A DNA stretch of 64,000 nt from the NCBI GenBank assembly GCA_965112155.1, contig OZ218099.1; one strand, given 5' to 3'. The notes beneath the pieces are model-generated. The model was not told where the DNA came from, did not search any database, and saw only the letters and a program-made list of their open reading frames with translations. Position numbers and translations under genes: made by a program. Shown here in pieces: positions 1-14,330 of this stretch (position 1 is its first letter; every line of letters begins with the position of its first letter). This DNA is from Podarcis liolepis. Lineage: Eukaryota.

Positions 1-163
1 GCCACAGTGATGGAACTGGGCTCCTTTGGGAGGAAGAGTGGGATAGAAATTTAATAAATAAAAATAAAATAAATGACCAAGTGAGAAAAAGAGATGATCT
101 TCCTTTTCATAATATATAGTCACCAATTAAATTTGCTACATCATCACATTTGATGTACCTTAC

Positions 164-359
164 CTCAATTTCCTGATAGGAATTGTTGATCATGGCTATT
201 AACATGTTGAGGAGCACAACCACCATGGTGACGTTATAAACTCCATAGAGCACATATCCAATGTTCTCAATAAACTTGTGGTCGTACTTCAGCACCACTG
301 ATATTACCTCAGACAAACCAAATATGGACCAGAATAAGGTTTTAAAACTTTCTTCTACC
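164..359 (-). CDS. TRPC7: TRPC7 coding exon (approx. exon 8): pore helix/selectivity filter, S6 and start of the TRP helix
   Basis: 196 bp. Acceptor AG at 361-360, donor GT at 163-162. Translates (T)[65 protein letters not shown], with the LFW pore motif. Phase 2 start matches the previous exon. Confidence 0.97.
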
Positions 360-628
360 CTAAAGACAAAAAAAGAGTCTTTAGTCCTCCATAGATACCT
401 TGTCTCCATGTGATCACAGGAGCTGCATGTACAACTAGGCAATATCCTCTGAGGCGATAAAGATACATGATGTACTAAGAGGCTAAGAGCACTGAGGAAC
501 AATATCACACCCTTACATTGGCTGATTTTCCTATTTCCAATTTTAGTCTGGACCCGGACTATGAATCCATACAGGGTTTCAATATTTCTATTGGCAATTC
601 ACTAAATCCTCCATGGATCACTGGTTAA

Positions 629-957
629 AAGGTGAAGGTACCCCTGATTGTTAGGTCCAGTCGCAGATGACTCTGGGGTTGTGGCGCTCATCTCGCTCTA
701 TAGGCTGAGGGAGCCAGCGTTTGTCCACAGCTTCCGGGTCATGTGGCCAGCATGACTAAGCCACTTCTGGTGAACCAGAGCAGCTCACACAAACGCCGTT
801 TACCTTCCCGCTGGAGTGGTATCTATTTATCTACTTGCACTTGACATGCTTTCGAACTGCTAGGTGGGCAGGAGCAGGGACCGAGCAACGGGAGATCACC
901 CCGTACAGGGATTTGAAAAGCCGACCTTCTGATTGGCAAGCCCTAGGCTCTGTGTTT
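629..957 (-). mobile_element. Sauria SINE (5' end slightly truncated)
   Basis: Reverse complement of the family seen at 57205-57580, including the core TATTTATCTACTTGCAC and a degenerate (AAGGT)n tail. Confidence 0.88.
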
Positions 958-2023
958 AAATGTGAACTAAACACTCCCCCCCCCTCAAATCTTACCTTAT
1001 GCATAAGAACACAAGCTGCATAGCCAAGGGTCGGTTCTTTTATTTAATTTTGTTTGTTTAAAACATGTACACTACGTGAGGAATTCATTTCTGATGGAAC
1101 GATATGCCCACCCCTCTCCCCACATGGTGTTCTGAGGAGACTCGTGAATCACTGATAAGATCTAACGAGGGGTGAGAATCCTCAGGCCCCTGCCCTAAAT
1201 GTGGCCATCTGGGACAATCTTACTTTCTGGACTCTCACCATAGCACACCTTTCACTGGACCACACAGCTCACTGGCCTTGTTCCATATCCTCAAGTGATT
1301 TTGCTTGCTTGAACTGTGATGATGCCTTTTGCTTACCCAGATAAATGGAGACATCCACACTTACTTTTGTATATCTTCCTATACACAGGTAAGCATCACA
1401 CCTGTTGCTTGGCATTACTCTACAGCAAATGAGCTAAACTAATCAGTATTGTTGCATTCTTACACTGCTTTTCCTTTTAACAGTTAAAGGGTTTTGAAAA
1501 CTACATATAAAGAACTGTAAAACTGTTGTTCATATAAGCAGAGGCATGGCTTCTGTTCTTCCATTAAGCAGAACATTTCCCAGTAATAATACCTTTTATA
1601 AATGTTTGAAGGTTGTCATCTAAATCACTTAGCCAACTGAAATAAAAAACCTTGACCCCAGCAGTATCCCTCTATTAACCTTTTATTTTAATTTGGAAGG
1701 GTGCCACTATTTTTTCAGGTCCTCCCAGCAATGTTAATATATTAGTGTCAAAACTGCTATTTTTCCTCACAACATAAGCATTAACCTCTGTTTTGGAATG
1801 CTGCCATATTTCCCTTGAAAGTCTCATTGTTATGCAGGCATTGTGAGTCTGTGACCACAATGGTCCAATACATATTAAGTGAATGAGGTAGAACAGAAAA
1901 TGGCACCCTCTTCCCATGTCAAAGTGCTTACTGTCCAAAGCCTGCCAAATTATTTTGGCACTTGAGGTAAAAAAATAATAATAAAGAGCCCTCACATCTC
2001 TTCCCCCAGCCACTTCTTGGCAC

Positions 2024-2062
<39 letters not shown>
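2024..2062. repeat. (TAA)n microsatellite
   Basis: About 13 tandem TAA units. Confidence 0.95.
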
Positions 2063-2064
<2 letters not shown>

Positions 2065-2295
2065 CAACTGATGATTTGTAGCCCTTCTGAGGTGGTGGGA
2101 AACCCATTGTTTGAGTTGTAGCACTTTGTGAGGCAGGTGGACATTAACATGGAGAAGTCTACCACCAGTACCCCAGCTGGACAGCAGACTGAGGACGTGA
2201 CACAACTGCAGCATATGAGAAGTTGACCTCAAGCACAAGAAAGATGGGAATTTATGTGATACATGGACTCTTTATAATAATAATAATATAATAAT

Positions 2296-2523
2296 TTATT
2301 ATTTCTACCCCTCCCATCTGGCTGGGTTTCCCTAGCCACTCTGGGCGGCTTCCAACAAAAGATTAAAAATACATTAAAACATCAGTCATTCAAAACTTCC
2401 CTAAACAGGGCTGCCTTCAGACGTCTTCTAAACGTCAGATAGTTGTTTATCTCTTGGACATCTGATGGGAGGGCGTTCCACAGGGCGGGTGCCACTACTG
2501 AGAAGGCCCTCCGCCTGGTTCCC
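2296..2523 (-). mobile_element. L2-type LINE 3' end
   Basis: Reverse-complement homologue of 12640-12845 (GGAACCAGGCRGAGGGCCTTCT...CTGAAGGCAGCC...GGGAAGTTTT) with an adjacent TAA-rich tail. Confidence 0.7.
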
Positions 2524-4074
2524 TTTAGACAAAACTATTTATTTGACTGTCTGAGCACCAGGTTGGTCTGGACCACCAGATGTCCTTCCCTTCCTTCCCC
2601 TCCTGCCCCTTACATGTGTGCACAGACCACAACATTTTGATTTATTAGGAATTATTTTGTATTGTTTGACTGTATTTGCTTTTGTTTCCCTTTTGAAAAT
2701 TCAATTAAAAAAGCTATTAGTTTAAAAATGCTCTTCCATCCCAAAGCTGTCATCCACATAAACTACTAGATGTCAGAAAGGAATGGTTTTGGTTGCTGGA
2801 TTTTTGGTCTTTGATCTTCCTGAGATCCAGTTCAAGGTTTTCTATTGTTTCTATGGAGGCACATTCATATGGAGCCTACTTTCTATAGTGACACAGGCCA
2901 GGGGCTCAGAGTTTGTCTGTCCCTGCTATAGGCTTCACCCTGTCACATTGACTTCCCCTTCCCCCACCTAACCCAGCTTTGATCCCACTACCTTCTCCCT
3001 TTCTGACTCAGCAGGAAGTAGGTCTGACCAGCATCCTAGGGATCCACTGATACCTGCCTCCCCCTCTGCTGCTGCTACTGTGATTGGCCAGGTTGTTGTG
3101 GTGGTGGTGGTTCCACATGGCAGCAAGAAGTTTTGATTGCTCCACAAGCCATGCTTAGAGTAAACCCACTGAAATCAATGGCAGCTGAGTTTGCGAACTT
3201 AAGTCCCGTCGATTTCAGTGGGTCTGTTCTAAGCATGGCTGAGTCTGGATCGAACCTGTTATATTTGGCACCGTGGTAGTGATCAGATACCCTCCTTCTT
3301 CAGTACTGAACAGGTATTTATCCACTTTGCAGAAGGATAAACTGCAGAATGGGGGAAGTGAAGTGAATGATTCAAATTTATCCAGTGAATTAAAGCTGCA
3401 AGCCGAGTCTGAAGCCTGCTGGCTGCTTCCCTCTTGCTGCAATACACACAATCTGCCTTACTATATTGTCATCTACATATATCTGTCTCCGGAGGGAGAT
3501 GGGATTTTTCCATTACTACACATCACAAGCTCAACAGAGGATATTACGATCTTTCATCAAACAAAGAATTAACACCACATAGTAATATGTGACATTAAAA
3601 CCATGCAGGAAAAAAAATGTGGCAGACAGTTGAGCTGCGTGCTGACTTCTCCTTGTTTCAGTAAGCATGAGGCTTATTTCCAGGAGGACACATCACTTAT
3701 GTAAATCTCTCCTGCATAATTTCTCTCCTGTCTGAAAAAAGCATTAAGGTGTCTTTCCAGATGAATATTTTTGCCTTAAAAATTTAAGTGTTGTAGGCCT
3801 AATGTCTGGCCTATCCAGAATGCAAGGGGTGTGTAAGATCGTGGGACTGAGCCCGTCTCAGTATTTGAGACACATTCTCTGTGGCAATCTAAGCTTTCTC
3901 CAAAACATGCTACATTTCTATGTGCAGGGATAATAAATGGTGCAGCCTCAAAAGATCTTGCCCACATGCTTTTTCTGACAGGCTTTCAGCTGATGTATTG
4001 GGGATGTTTTGGTGCTACAGCAATCTGACATGAGAATCATCTCTTGCTCAAGCAATTCTGCTGTTAACTAGCCC

Positions 4075-4211
4075 CAGTGGTGGGCGAAAAGCAGGCGGAC
4101 ACGTCCTGGGGGCGTGGCACCCAGCAAGGGGGCCCCAGCTGTGATGGCACCCCACCGGGATTTTGGTGCCAGGGGCAGTGCGCTCCCCGCCCCCCTCTTC
4201 CTCCGTCAGTG
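4075..4211. mobile_element. GC-rich hAT-like MITE
   Basis: Perfect 8-bp TSD ACTAGCCC. Right half homologous to 39728-39917. Confidence 0.8.
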
Positions 4212-4395
4212 ACTAGCCCACAGCTCAAGGTCTTTAAGTTAGTTCCTCCCTATAGCTATATACTAGGGGCTGCACCTTTGCTTGCTTCACTCACCCTTGG
4301 CACGTATTCTACCCCCTAGACACTGCCAACTTTACCCTAGACCTTGCCACCACCATCCTCGACCTCATTGATCACCCCACACTAACCCTTTAGAC

Positions 4396-4646
4396 CATGG
4401 GTAGGCAAACTAAGGCCCGGGGGTCAGATCCGGCCCAATCACCTTCTAAATCCAGCCCATGGATGGTTCAGGAATCAGTGTGTTTTTACATGAGTAGAAT
4501 GTGTGCCTTTATTTAAAATGCATCTCTGGTTATTTGTGGGGCAGAGGAATTCATTCATTCCCCCCCCTTCAAAATATAGTCCAGCCCCCCACAAGGTCTG
4601 AGGGACAGTGGACGGGCCCATGGCTGAAAAAGTTTGCTGACCCCTG
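4396..4646. mobile_element. hAT (Charlie-like) MITE
   Basis: TIRs CATGGGTAGGCAAACT / AGTTTGCTGACCCCTG. Perfect 8-bp TSD CTTTAGAC at 4388-4395 and 4647-4654. Confidence 0.9.
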
Positions 4647-6252
4647 CTTTAGACAGCCTGCTTTCCACCTTATGCCACCACAGCAAAGCAAGTTGACAAG
4701 TCAGACCTCCACTTGTGATTTGGAATGGGCATTAGAATGGATTCTTTCCCATAAAATCGGGAAACAAGTCATATTATTTCTGAGCACACTCTGAGATTAC
4801 GATCCTCGCACACTTGAAACTGTGAGCCAGGGTGGGAATTCAAAGGCAACTTGTGCCCAGCTTGTCATGAACTTGCGATTTCCAGACTGGGGAATTTCAT
4901 TCTCCTTGTTTCCAAAATGGGCATCATCACTAATGGAAATGTGTAAAATAGGATTATTACTTGCAGCCATGTGACAGTGACCGCTGCCTTCCTTTACATT
5001 TAATCTCTCAAAGACAAGGAATTTAATTCAGCATAAATTCAAATGTAAATTGCATTTATCTTTTTTAAAAAATGATGAATTGGAGCACTAAGAAGTGAAA
5101 TACTGACAGTTGCAACCTGAAATCTGCTATCTTGTACAGCTTCTTTAGGCCACAGCCTTTAATTACAGGATTAGATACTATTTTTCACTTCCAACATCTG
5201 TCAAAGGATGTGTGCACTTGAGAGCAGAATTAAGGACATACAGACAGTTGAAAACTGGATGATTCATTCTGCTTGACTGAGCTACAAAGTTTTATATTCA
5301 TGTATATTGTTAAGATGGTATCCAAATAGCACATAGCATTGGATGGCATAATGAATATGGAAACAGCAGAGGTCAAGTCCGAATAGCCTCAAATCTAGGG
5401 CTTTTTAAACAGTTGTTGTTGTTTTTTAATGCCCACTCCTGCTTCAGATGTTGGCTCTCACGAAAGTTGTAGAACAATGTGTTCAATACACTGATAACAC
5501 TCATCCCTGTATCATCAGCATATGGAAAACCTTGAGGTGCAAAGTCCCTAAGGATTCCTCAACTGCCAGGATTGTCTGGGGTTCAAAAAGAGAATATTAG
5601 AGAATGTTTACTGATAAGTCTCGTGATTCAGCTACTCAAAGCTGCATAGCACCCTACACAGCTTAGGTACAAGCTATCTGAAAGATTGTATTCCCTTATA
5701 AGAACCTGCCTGGGCTTTGAGATCTTTGGGGCAGGCCCTTCTCTTGATCCTGTGACCCTCACATGCATGCTTAGTGGGGACATGGGAGGAGAGGGCCTTT
5801 TTAGTAGCTGCCCCCAGACTTGAGAAATTCCTTCCTAGAGAAAGCTATCTCCTTGTTGTCCTTCCACTGGCAGGTGAAGATTTCCCTGTTCTAACAGGCT
5901 TTTGGGAACTGGCTGCTTTTAATGAAAGGGCTGCTGCTATGCTGTTTTTACTGTAATTAATTGTATGTTTAAACCAAATTTTATATATGTATATAGTTTT
6001 AATCCTAGCTATGTTTAATTGTTTTTCAATTATAGTTTTTTCCTTATGTTTTTAGCAGTTCTTGCTTTTATCTGTAAGCCGTCTTGAGTCCCATCAGGGA
6101 AAAAGTTGAAGTAACTACAACTACTACTACTACTACTACTACAACAACAACAACACAGAAGACAAGTGAAGAGAAATGGCTTGGGGAAGAGAGGGGCAAA
6201 CATAGCAAATCAGTGGTTTCATCCAACCTTTCCTAAGCATCATACTTAAAGC

Positions 6253-6389
6253 CAGGGCTTTTTTCCAGCTAGAACTCACCAGAACTCAGTTCTGGCACCT
6301 CTCATAATGGTGCCACTGCCATTCTAAGGGAACAAGGAAGGAGTTCATGGTGAGTTCCGGCACCTATTTTTTCTAGAAAAATAGCACTG
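6253..6389. mobile_element. hAT MITE
   Basis: TIRs CAGGGCTTTTTTCCAG / CTAGAAAAATAGCACTG. TSD CTTAAAGC/TTTAAAGC. Confidence 0.8.
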
Positions 6390-6633
6390 TTTAAAGCAAA
6401 GGGTGTGATGTGTCATCTGCATTGATCAGCCACCAAACTAAACAGTACTCAAGTTCTTAAATGTGGCACTTTTGCATAAAGTCTATTTTACTACTTCTAA
6501 TTATTACACAGCATAGTTCAACGCTTGTTCTATCAAACTGGCATGTAATTTTATGCAATCTGTATAGAACATATACAAAGGCAATCTGGAGAGAAAGCCA
6601 GTTGCATCACAAAATGTCTTGCCGAGATACTCA

Positions 6634-7014
<381 letters not shown>

Positions 7015-7331
7015 TCACCACGGGTTTCCTAGGGATTTCCTAGATGTTACTGTCTTCCCTTCTTACCCACTTCACTTTACCCTCCCAGTTTCTTCTATTA
7101 CCTTTCATTACTGCAGTAGTTCATCTGCAAGACTTCTAGAACAAAATAGTGGGTTTCGGCCAAAGCAGAGGCACACCCAAGAATAACCATTAAACTAGAA
7201 GACTTCTGAAGGCCACCCTCTATAGGGAAGTTTTTAATGCTTGATGTCTCATTGTGTTTTTATGTTTTGTTGGAAGTTGTCCATAGTGGCTGCAGTGACC
7301 CATCATAGGGGCCGAGTACAAATAATAAAAG

Positions 7332-7367
<36 letters not shown>
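7332..7367. repeat. (CAT)n microsatellite
   Basis: 12 tandem CAT units. Confidence 0.95.
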
Positions 7368-7990
7368 TAACTAGCATCACATTTCAGAGGATCAAGGTGC
7401 AGCAGATGTCTAAAAGTATATATGAGAACACAAGATATTGCCTTGCACTAACCCAGGCACACCACTAGTCTGTCTAACTCAGCACTCTCTATAGCAGGCA
7501 TGCCAATGGCAGTCAGGGATGTGACAAATGTGCACTACCAGGGCCGGCCTGGGCTGCCCCAAGACATCTTGCTGTTTGAGGCAAAGGACAAGATGGTACT
7601 CCCCACCCCATTCTACAGATTTACTGGCAACTGAAACTTACTCCAACACTGACAATGGGATAGTGTCCTCCATCATACTTAAGGCAGAAGGTTAAGGTGG
7701 TTTTTTTTGGGGGGGGGGCTATGGGATATATTGCCTTATCACCAAGGACTAGGTGGCAGGAGTGGTGGAGATCAGGAGGAACAGTCAGGGTGCTGCCACC
7801 ATTGCTCCCAACATCTGCCACATGAATCAATCATGTCACACTGCCTAATGGTAGGGATGGCCCCAGACCAGGGATACAGGGAAAGCACAGCAGATCAGCC
7901 ACTAGGTTAGAAGCAGAGAGAAAGGATGGGCTCTTTTTATCAGCTACCAGAATGAAAAAACATTGCAGATGACATTCCACCTATAACTTA

Positions 7991-8223
7991 CAGTGGTAAG
8001 TAGTTATGAACTTAATTCGTTCCGGAGGTCCGTTCTTAACCCGAAACCGTTCTTAACCTGAGGCGCGCTTTCGCTAATGGGGCTTCCTGCTGCGCCGCCA
8101 GTGCGCAATTTCTGTTCTCATCCTGGGGCAAAGTTCTCAACTTGAGGTAACTCTTCTGGGTTAGCAGAGTTTGTAACCTGAAGCGTTTGTAACCTGAGTC
8201 ATTTATAACTCGGGGTACCATTG
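7991..8223. mobile_element. Tc1/mariner (Tigger-like) MITE, degenerate copy
   Basis: Homologous to 39186-39427 and 51378-51619. TA-CAGTGGTA start. Confidence 0.85.
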
Positions 8224-10182
8224 CATTCCAATTTATATTATCTTTTTCCTTTCTAGTGTAGTATTTAGAGGCTTCTGTTGTCTTTTCCTTTTTTCCTTTC
8301 ACTTAAATTTAGCAAATATGTTTACAAAAAGAAATGAGGAAACTCAGCCATCCAATACTATGATTATTCAGAACAAAGATGCTGACTCTGAGGTATTATA
8401 AACAGACAGACACACAAATAACTAAAAAGAGAAATAATAGGCAGAAATTTCAAGTCTTTGACAGGCCCTTGTCTGAATGTCTACTTTTATGATAACTAGT
8501 TTGATATTTTAGTATTTCCATTTTTGTGTAGAATTCTGTGAATTACATTACAGGAAAATCCTTTCTTGCTGGTTCACTTTGTACTTCAGAATAATGCTGA
8601 TTACACAGTTGTTCCACAAGAGGGAGCACTTACCCCACAATATGTAATAGCAGAAAGGTAAAATGGTCTAGCAGTGTCAAAAAAGAATATAATCCATATG
8701 CATGTCCTGATTAGTAACTGCTTTACTATGTGTGTGCACAAAGTTTATCCTGACACATTTTCTTAGAGAAAATGTAAATTATTTCCAAGTGTTCTGCATC
8801 CGGGTGTTATAAGAAATCAGCGTTGCTCTTCTAAATTCAATAAAAGTACATTGTGCCACATTACATCTGAATACTGTTATTCTTTCCTGGCTTCGCTGTT
8901 CTGCAGGTTTTTTTCCAGGCAACTGTATCAACAGAGCCCAGAAGATGTATGGCTCAAAATTATGGCAACTTTGTGTGACAGAAGAAAAAACATTTCAGTC
9001 TACTTTTGGTGACCTAGTCCTGAAACAGCTACAATCCTGTTTCTACAATTGTTGACAAATTACATTAACACATCAAAATCCAAAACTCTAGAGGCCCAAA
9101 CAGATTCTGCTGTGCATTCCAAAGATGTATATTGGAATATAGGAGGTTGAGATCAGGCAAAACCAAGGACTTCTGCACACAAATCACCCCTTACATTTAA
9201 GGAGGCACTACAGACACAATTTGCAAGGGAGAAGCAAAGACTGAGGGGTGTAGTGCTTAACCCTCCACTTTCCCCTGCAACCCCCCCCCATGCTCCCCCC
9301 CCCCATGAAAGCTCTGCATGCATATTTGATATCAGACAGGGAAAACAGCTTGGAAAGCAGGGAAAAGATAAAGGTTAAGCACCCCCTCTTTGCACCTGCA
9401 TGCTTTTGCCTGCAAATCACCACCATCACCTTTACAGCGCAGACATGCTGCTGGGTTTCCAAATGCATGTGGGACACTGATCATTCAGTTTTGACCTCAC
9501 TTGTATTTCCTCATCTGGAGGAATCTGTCTCAATGCATTTTGACAACAAGCTCACAGTGTGGGAATGGTGCTTTGAATTGGGATTTTAGTTTTGCAAAAC
9601 CTGATTCGGGAAATTGCCATCTGTCATCAGACCAGACAAAACTTTGATTTTTATTTTTTTTAACCTCGTGCCCTTTTACTAAGGAGCTGCTGGCAGTCAG
9701 TGATAACTTTAGCCGAATGTTTCTTTTCCTTTTTCCCCTTGGAGAAATACTAAGGGGTCCTACCCTAGCAGTGAGTCATATGCCATCGCTTCCCCAGGAG
9801 TTTCACCTGCTAAATGTACATACATATTATCAAGCTGTGAATGTCTCGTTCGCTCGGTCTCTTTTTCTTTGGGAACACAAAGCAGATCCCTTCATCTGTA
9901 GGTTACCTTTTGTACGGTGAACCTCGACAATGCAGAGGTTCTTCTCCTGTGCGGCCTTGAGGTTGTTCATACAACTGCATTCGGTTTGATCTCCACACAA
10001 ATCTGGAATTTCATTTAAGAGCAGACTTGTCTGATTCTGTATTAGTTGTTTTAACAAACTGGCTCAACTGGACACATTTAATGAATAATTTGCAAACATT
10101 CCCTGACCTTCAGGAGAAGAACTTTGCGGCTTCTGCCTGAGCCGGAGCAACAAAAACGTATTAAGTAACAACCCTCTCTTAC

Positions 10183-10416
10183 CATATGTGAAGTAGGCAA
10201 CCTGAGGAGGAAGGGTGACATTACTGAGGTCATCAACGGGAACGTACAGGTCCACGTATTGTTGTGCTTCTGATGCCTTGAGAAAAGCCATGAATCTGGC
10301 AGTGAAAGAAGCTACAAAGATCGAAAGCATCCCAAAATCCAACAGGTTCCAAAGATGCATGACGTATTCCCGGGGGCCTTCTTCCCAGATTTCTTTGCAT
10401 TCGGACCATATCATAC
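10183..10416 (-). CDS. TRPC7: TRPC7 coding exon (approx. exon 6): S2-S3 and extracellular S3-S4 loop
   Basis: 234 bp, phase 1-1. AG at 10418-10417, GT at 10182-10181. (G)MIWSECKEIWEEGPREYVMHLWNLLDFGMLSIFVASFTARFMAFLKASEAQQYVDLYVPVDDLSNVTLPPQVAYFTY. Confidence 0.97.
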
Positions 10417-10800
10417 CTGAGGGGAGGGCAGACAAACTTGGCATCATGTCATCAGCAAGGTTGGCAAAGGTGTGTCCCTCAAAATCCTCAGCCATGCCCA
10501 GGCACCAGATGTTGCATTAAACTTGCAAAAACACTGTCTCTCTGCCTCTCTCCCCTGAGCAACACAGCAAAGGCAGCATTTCTTCAGCTCCACCCAAAAT
10601 GTGGTCCCTCCTGGAATGCAAAAACTTAGTGGCCAGAGCAATCTATGTTCTCTTATAGCTGTCCTTCCGAATATTCACTGACTCTCAGTATAATAAATCA
10701 CAACCAACACCAACAACAATAGTTCTGCCAAGTCCTCAAAGCACTTCATGTACATTTGATAGTTGCAATCCCCACAATAACCCTGTAAGAGAAGTTAAAA

Positions 10801-10929
10801 TAGGGTTGCGATATTTCAAGAAGTAAAAATCTGGACATTTTGCTGATTTCCCCAAATTCCTCCCACACGCTAATTCCGTCATTGGAATCCTGGACGTGTC
10901 CAGGAAAATCCGGACGTATGGCAATGCTA
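10801..10929. mobile_element. hAT (Ac-like, TAGGGTTG termini) MITE nested in an old SINE
   Basis: TAGGGTTGCGATA...TATGGCAATGCTA. Flanks AGTTAAAA/AGTTAAGT. Internal GGAC repeats. Confidence 0.6.
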
Positions 10930-12504
10930 AGTTAAGTGGTGGTGTCTGGCCTAAGGCCGCCTAGTGAGTTCATGGCAGAAGCAAAAGTCAAACCAAGGAC
11001 CTCCTGATTTGTAGCTTAGGGCTCATCCAGACTTCCTTTTGTGTCACATTTCTAGACACAGGTCCACGCTTTAAAATGCCATGTCTGATCACTTGGGTTG
11101 TTGTTTTTGCCCTGGCATTTTACCCACAAAAGCCTAGTCTATACTGCTGAGTCAGAGTAAATGGCAATCCTCAGAAAACCCAGATTGCTGTTTATTCGGA
11201 TTTTGGGTCAAAGCATGGGTTTTCCTGAGGAAAGAGGCAGGTAAAAAAGAAGAAGTGCTCAGACATGGAGCTTTAAAGTGTGAACCTGTGAATAGAAAGT
11301 GTGGAGCAAAAGGTGGCTCATAGCCACTATGCTACACCAATAGCAACCAAGAGAAATCTTGTAGTAATTCATTATTTTCCACCCAAAACTCAGCTATGAA
11401 GAATTGTTAATGTCGCAAGACCAGTTTTCACATCAAATGCAGTTTTTTCCATTGAAATTCAGTTCACTCTGCTTAATTCCAAATACCATCATCCTGACTG
11501 AGTGAGGTTTCATTTGTGATGTAATTGAGAAAATAATTGGGGGGAAACCAGAAAAAAATTGTAGCAAGATGTAAAATGTTATATTCTTTATCTAGGCTGC
11601 AGAGAGAGCTTGAACAGGTTGTGGGCAGTTATTCTCAGAGAACAGTAGTGAAAACGGAAGATATCTTGGGGGTGGGCGGAGAGGACAAATATCCTGAATT
11701 TTCTTCACTTGTCATGCACCTGTTATTCTTTTCTCAAAATACAGATCTCCTGGGAGGCATTTCAATATGATTTTAAAAAAATAAATAATTCATACTGTCA
11801 TTCATGAATTTTTTACAGCTTGTCGCTTATTCACTTTCCCAAATCTAATATCCCACACAACTGTTGTTTAACGCACTTTCATTTGGGATGCACAAAGATT
11901 GCATATCTTTATTTGCACTGAAAATGAGCAGGCTCAGAGCCAGGAGATTCCATTGTCTGAAGGATGGTATCAGCTTCTGACAAAAAGAACTCCACTCCAA
12001 ATCTTCCAGGTAGAATTTGGAGCACCTCTGCATGGGAGGGTTCCTTAGTTTCACAGAACCATGTCAGCCTGGGGCAACCCAGGAAAAAAACATGGGCCCA
12101 CCCACTGCCATGTCAGTTGTGGCGCAGCAGGTGTAGAAATTCAATTCAGGTATGCAAGCAGGTCCTGAGTGCTGCAGTCCTCCCTTCCTGCAGTTTCCAG
12201 TAACTGGGATTCAGAAGCATGCTGCCTCCAACAGTTGAGGGGGAACATAGTCATATTGGTTAGTGGCCACACAGCAGAGCAGAGTAGTAGAGCATCTGCT
12301 TTGCATGCGGAACATCCCTGGTTCAATCCCCAGCATTGCCAGGGAGCTCTGAGAGAAACCCAGATTTGAAATTCTGGAGAGCCACTGCTAGTCTCTGTGC
12401 ATAATACTGAGTTAGATGGTCTAAGTACGAGGCCAATTCCTATTTTCCTAAGGAGGCACCCAGTACTTGCTATTCTCAATGGGACCTTTTCTCTCATTGC
12501 TAAC

Positions 12505-12841
12505 AGCAGGTGTATAAACAGCCTCAGCCCAGTATACCTGAAGGAGCATCTCCACCCCCTATTGTTCAGCCCGGACACTGAGCTCCAGCTCCGAGGGCCT
12601 TCTGGCAGTTCCTTCACTGCGAGAAGTGAGGTTACAGGGAACCAGGCAGAGGGCCTTCTTGGTTATGGTGCCCGCCCTGTGGAACGCCCTTCTATCAGAT
12701 GTCAAGGAAATCTGACTTTTAGAAGATAACTGAAGGCAGCCTTGTTTGGGGAAGTTTTTAATGTTTGATGTTTTATTGTGTTTTTAATATACTGTTGGGA
12801 GCTGCCCAGAATGGCTGAGGAAACCCTGCTGGACGGGCGGG

Positions 12842-12894
<53 letters not shown>

Positions 12895-12895
12895 T
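12505..12895 (+). mobile_element. L2-type LINE 3' end with (TAT)n tail
   Basis: Residual ...SLSPVYLKEHL... and RAF...WNALP-like coding remnants, 3' UTR shared with 2296-2523, and a (TAT)n tail at 12843-12893. Confidence 0.75.
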
Positions 12896-14113
12896 TAAGG
12901 AGGGTAGATTCTGATTGGGTCCATTGCAGGGGCAAAGAGCTATACCTCCTGCCAATACACAGTGGACTTAATCCAGTTTGGGCTTCCCCATATCACATCT
13001 GCTATTTATTTATAAAAAATAAACCAAGCATGGCAGAGTAAACTATGAGACACATCACAAGTGGTTTGACCTTCAGCCTAAGAAAGTGAAACAGCACCCA
13101 GTAAAGCAGCTTCTGAGGGGTTTTGTGCATTGTTCTCCCATGTAAACTTTGTTCTCTCATGTCAATGCTGCCGGCTATGATCTTACTGATTTTCTCAGAC
13201 TGCCATATAATTCACTGGGGAATTATAAGATCCACGCATTGGCACAATTTGGCTTGGAAAGATCAGGTGTGTTATACAGGACCACCAAGGCTGTTTGGAA
13301 AAAGTAGAGACAGTCTTAGTGTTTGAGTTCCAAGATAATTTGCTTACCAATGGATAGCAAGAGAGAGGGCAGTCAATCATGTAGGCAAATGTTTTCTCCC
13401 CCATGGGACTTCAAGCACTGCTCAAAACAAATGCAACTGAGCTGAGCTACACTGTTTGTTATCAGCCCTTGAAAACATTCATAAAGCTGTATCAGAATTG
13501 GCAAGCTATTAAACAGAATGGTATAACTTCCTAGAAGCAATTTAAATGAGAAAATCAAATGACACTCTTCTAGAAAGTCGGATAAAAATAAATAAATGAA
13601 TAAAATCCAACATTATTCCAGAGTGCCTGGAGCAGTAGTGATAAAGATTTCTCTGATTATGAGCAGGGTACCAAAATCTTCACACGGACACACACAAGGC
13701 AGATACCAATTCACTTCTTTAGCCAACAGCCTCACCACTGGATCTTCATGCCTTCCTCATAATTCCTGTTGGCAATAGTCTTTTTTAAAACACCAAGGAT
13801 GGGGAATCTGTGCCCCTCCTAGATGCTATTGGCCTCCAACTCCCATTAGCCCAACTCCAATTAGCTCCAGTTAGGCCAATGATCAAAGAGAGTGGTAGCT
13901 GTAGCTTGACAACATCTGCAGGGCACCACTTAGGTACCTCTGATGTAATGTTACTGTCAGGGGATGAAAGATTCCACAGAGAAGGCCCCTTTCAGAGGCA
14001 TCCCTGAGCTCCAGCTTTTAGCCCTGACTTTTCTCTCTGCTCTTCACTGCCATCGGTCTGTGTCCCCTTGACCTGTGCCTACGAGAACAATAGGTGATTG
14101 CATTTCCACTTAC

Positions 14114-14330
14114 CTAGAACCCATTTCATGATGAGCATTTCTGTCCATGAGAACTGTGTTGTTTTTACCCTAAATATTTGTTTGGGATGATCCATGGCAG
14201 TTTCATTGGGTAGCAGCTTGACTCCTTCAAATCGGTCCGAGGCGTTCACTACTAAGAGTCCAAGGAAAATGGTGAAAGAAACGGCGTGCGCCACAAACTT
14301 CATGAAGGGGCTCCGGAGTGTCTGTCCCAG
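14114..14330 (-). CDS. TRPC7: TRPC7 coding exon (approx. exon 5): S1 and S1-S2 loop
   Basis: 217 bp. AG at 14332-14331, GT at 14113-14112. [72 protein letters not shown](G). Confidence 0.97.

Noticed and set aside
12141-13041. Several 77-158 aa ORFs including poly-Ile tracts
   Set aside because: They arise from an L2 relic and its (TAT)n tail, with no recognisable protein or splice context.
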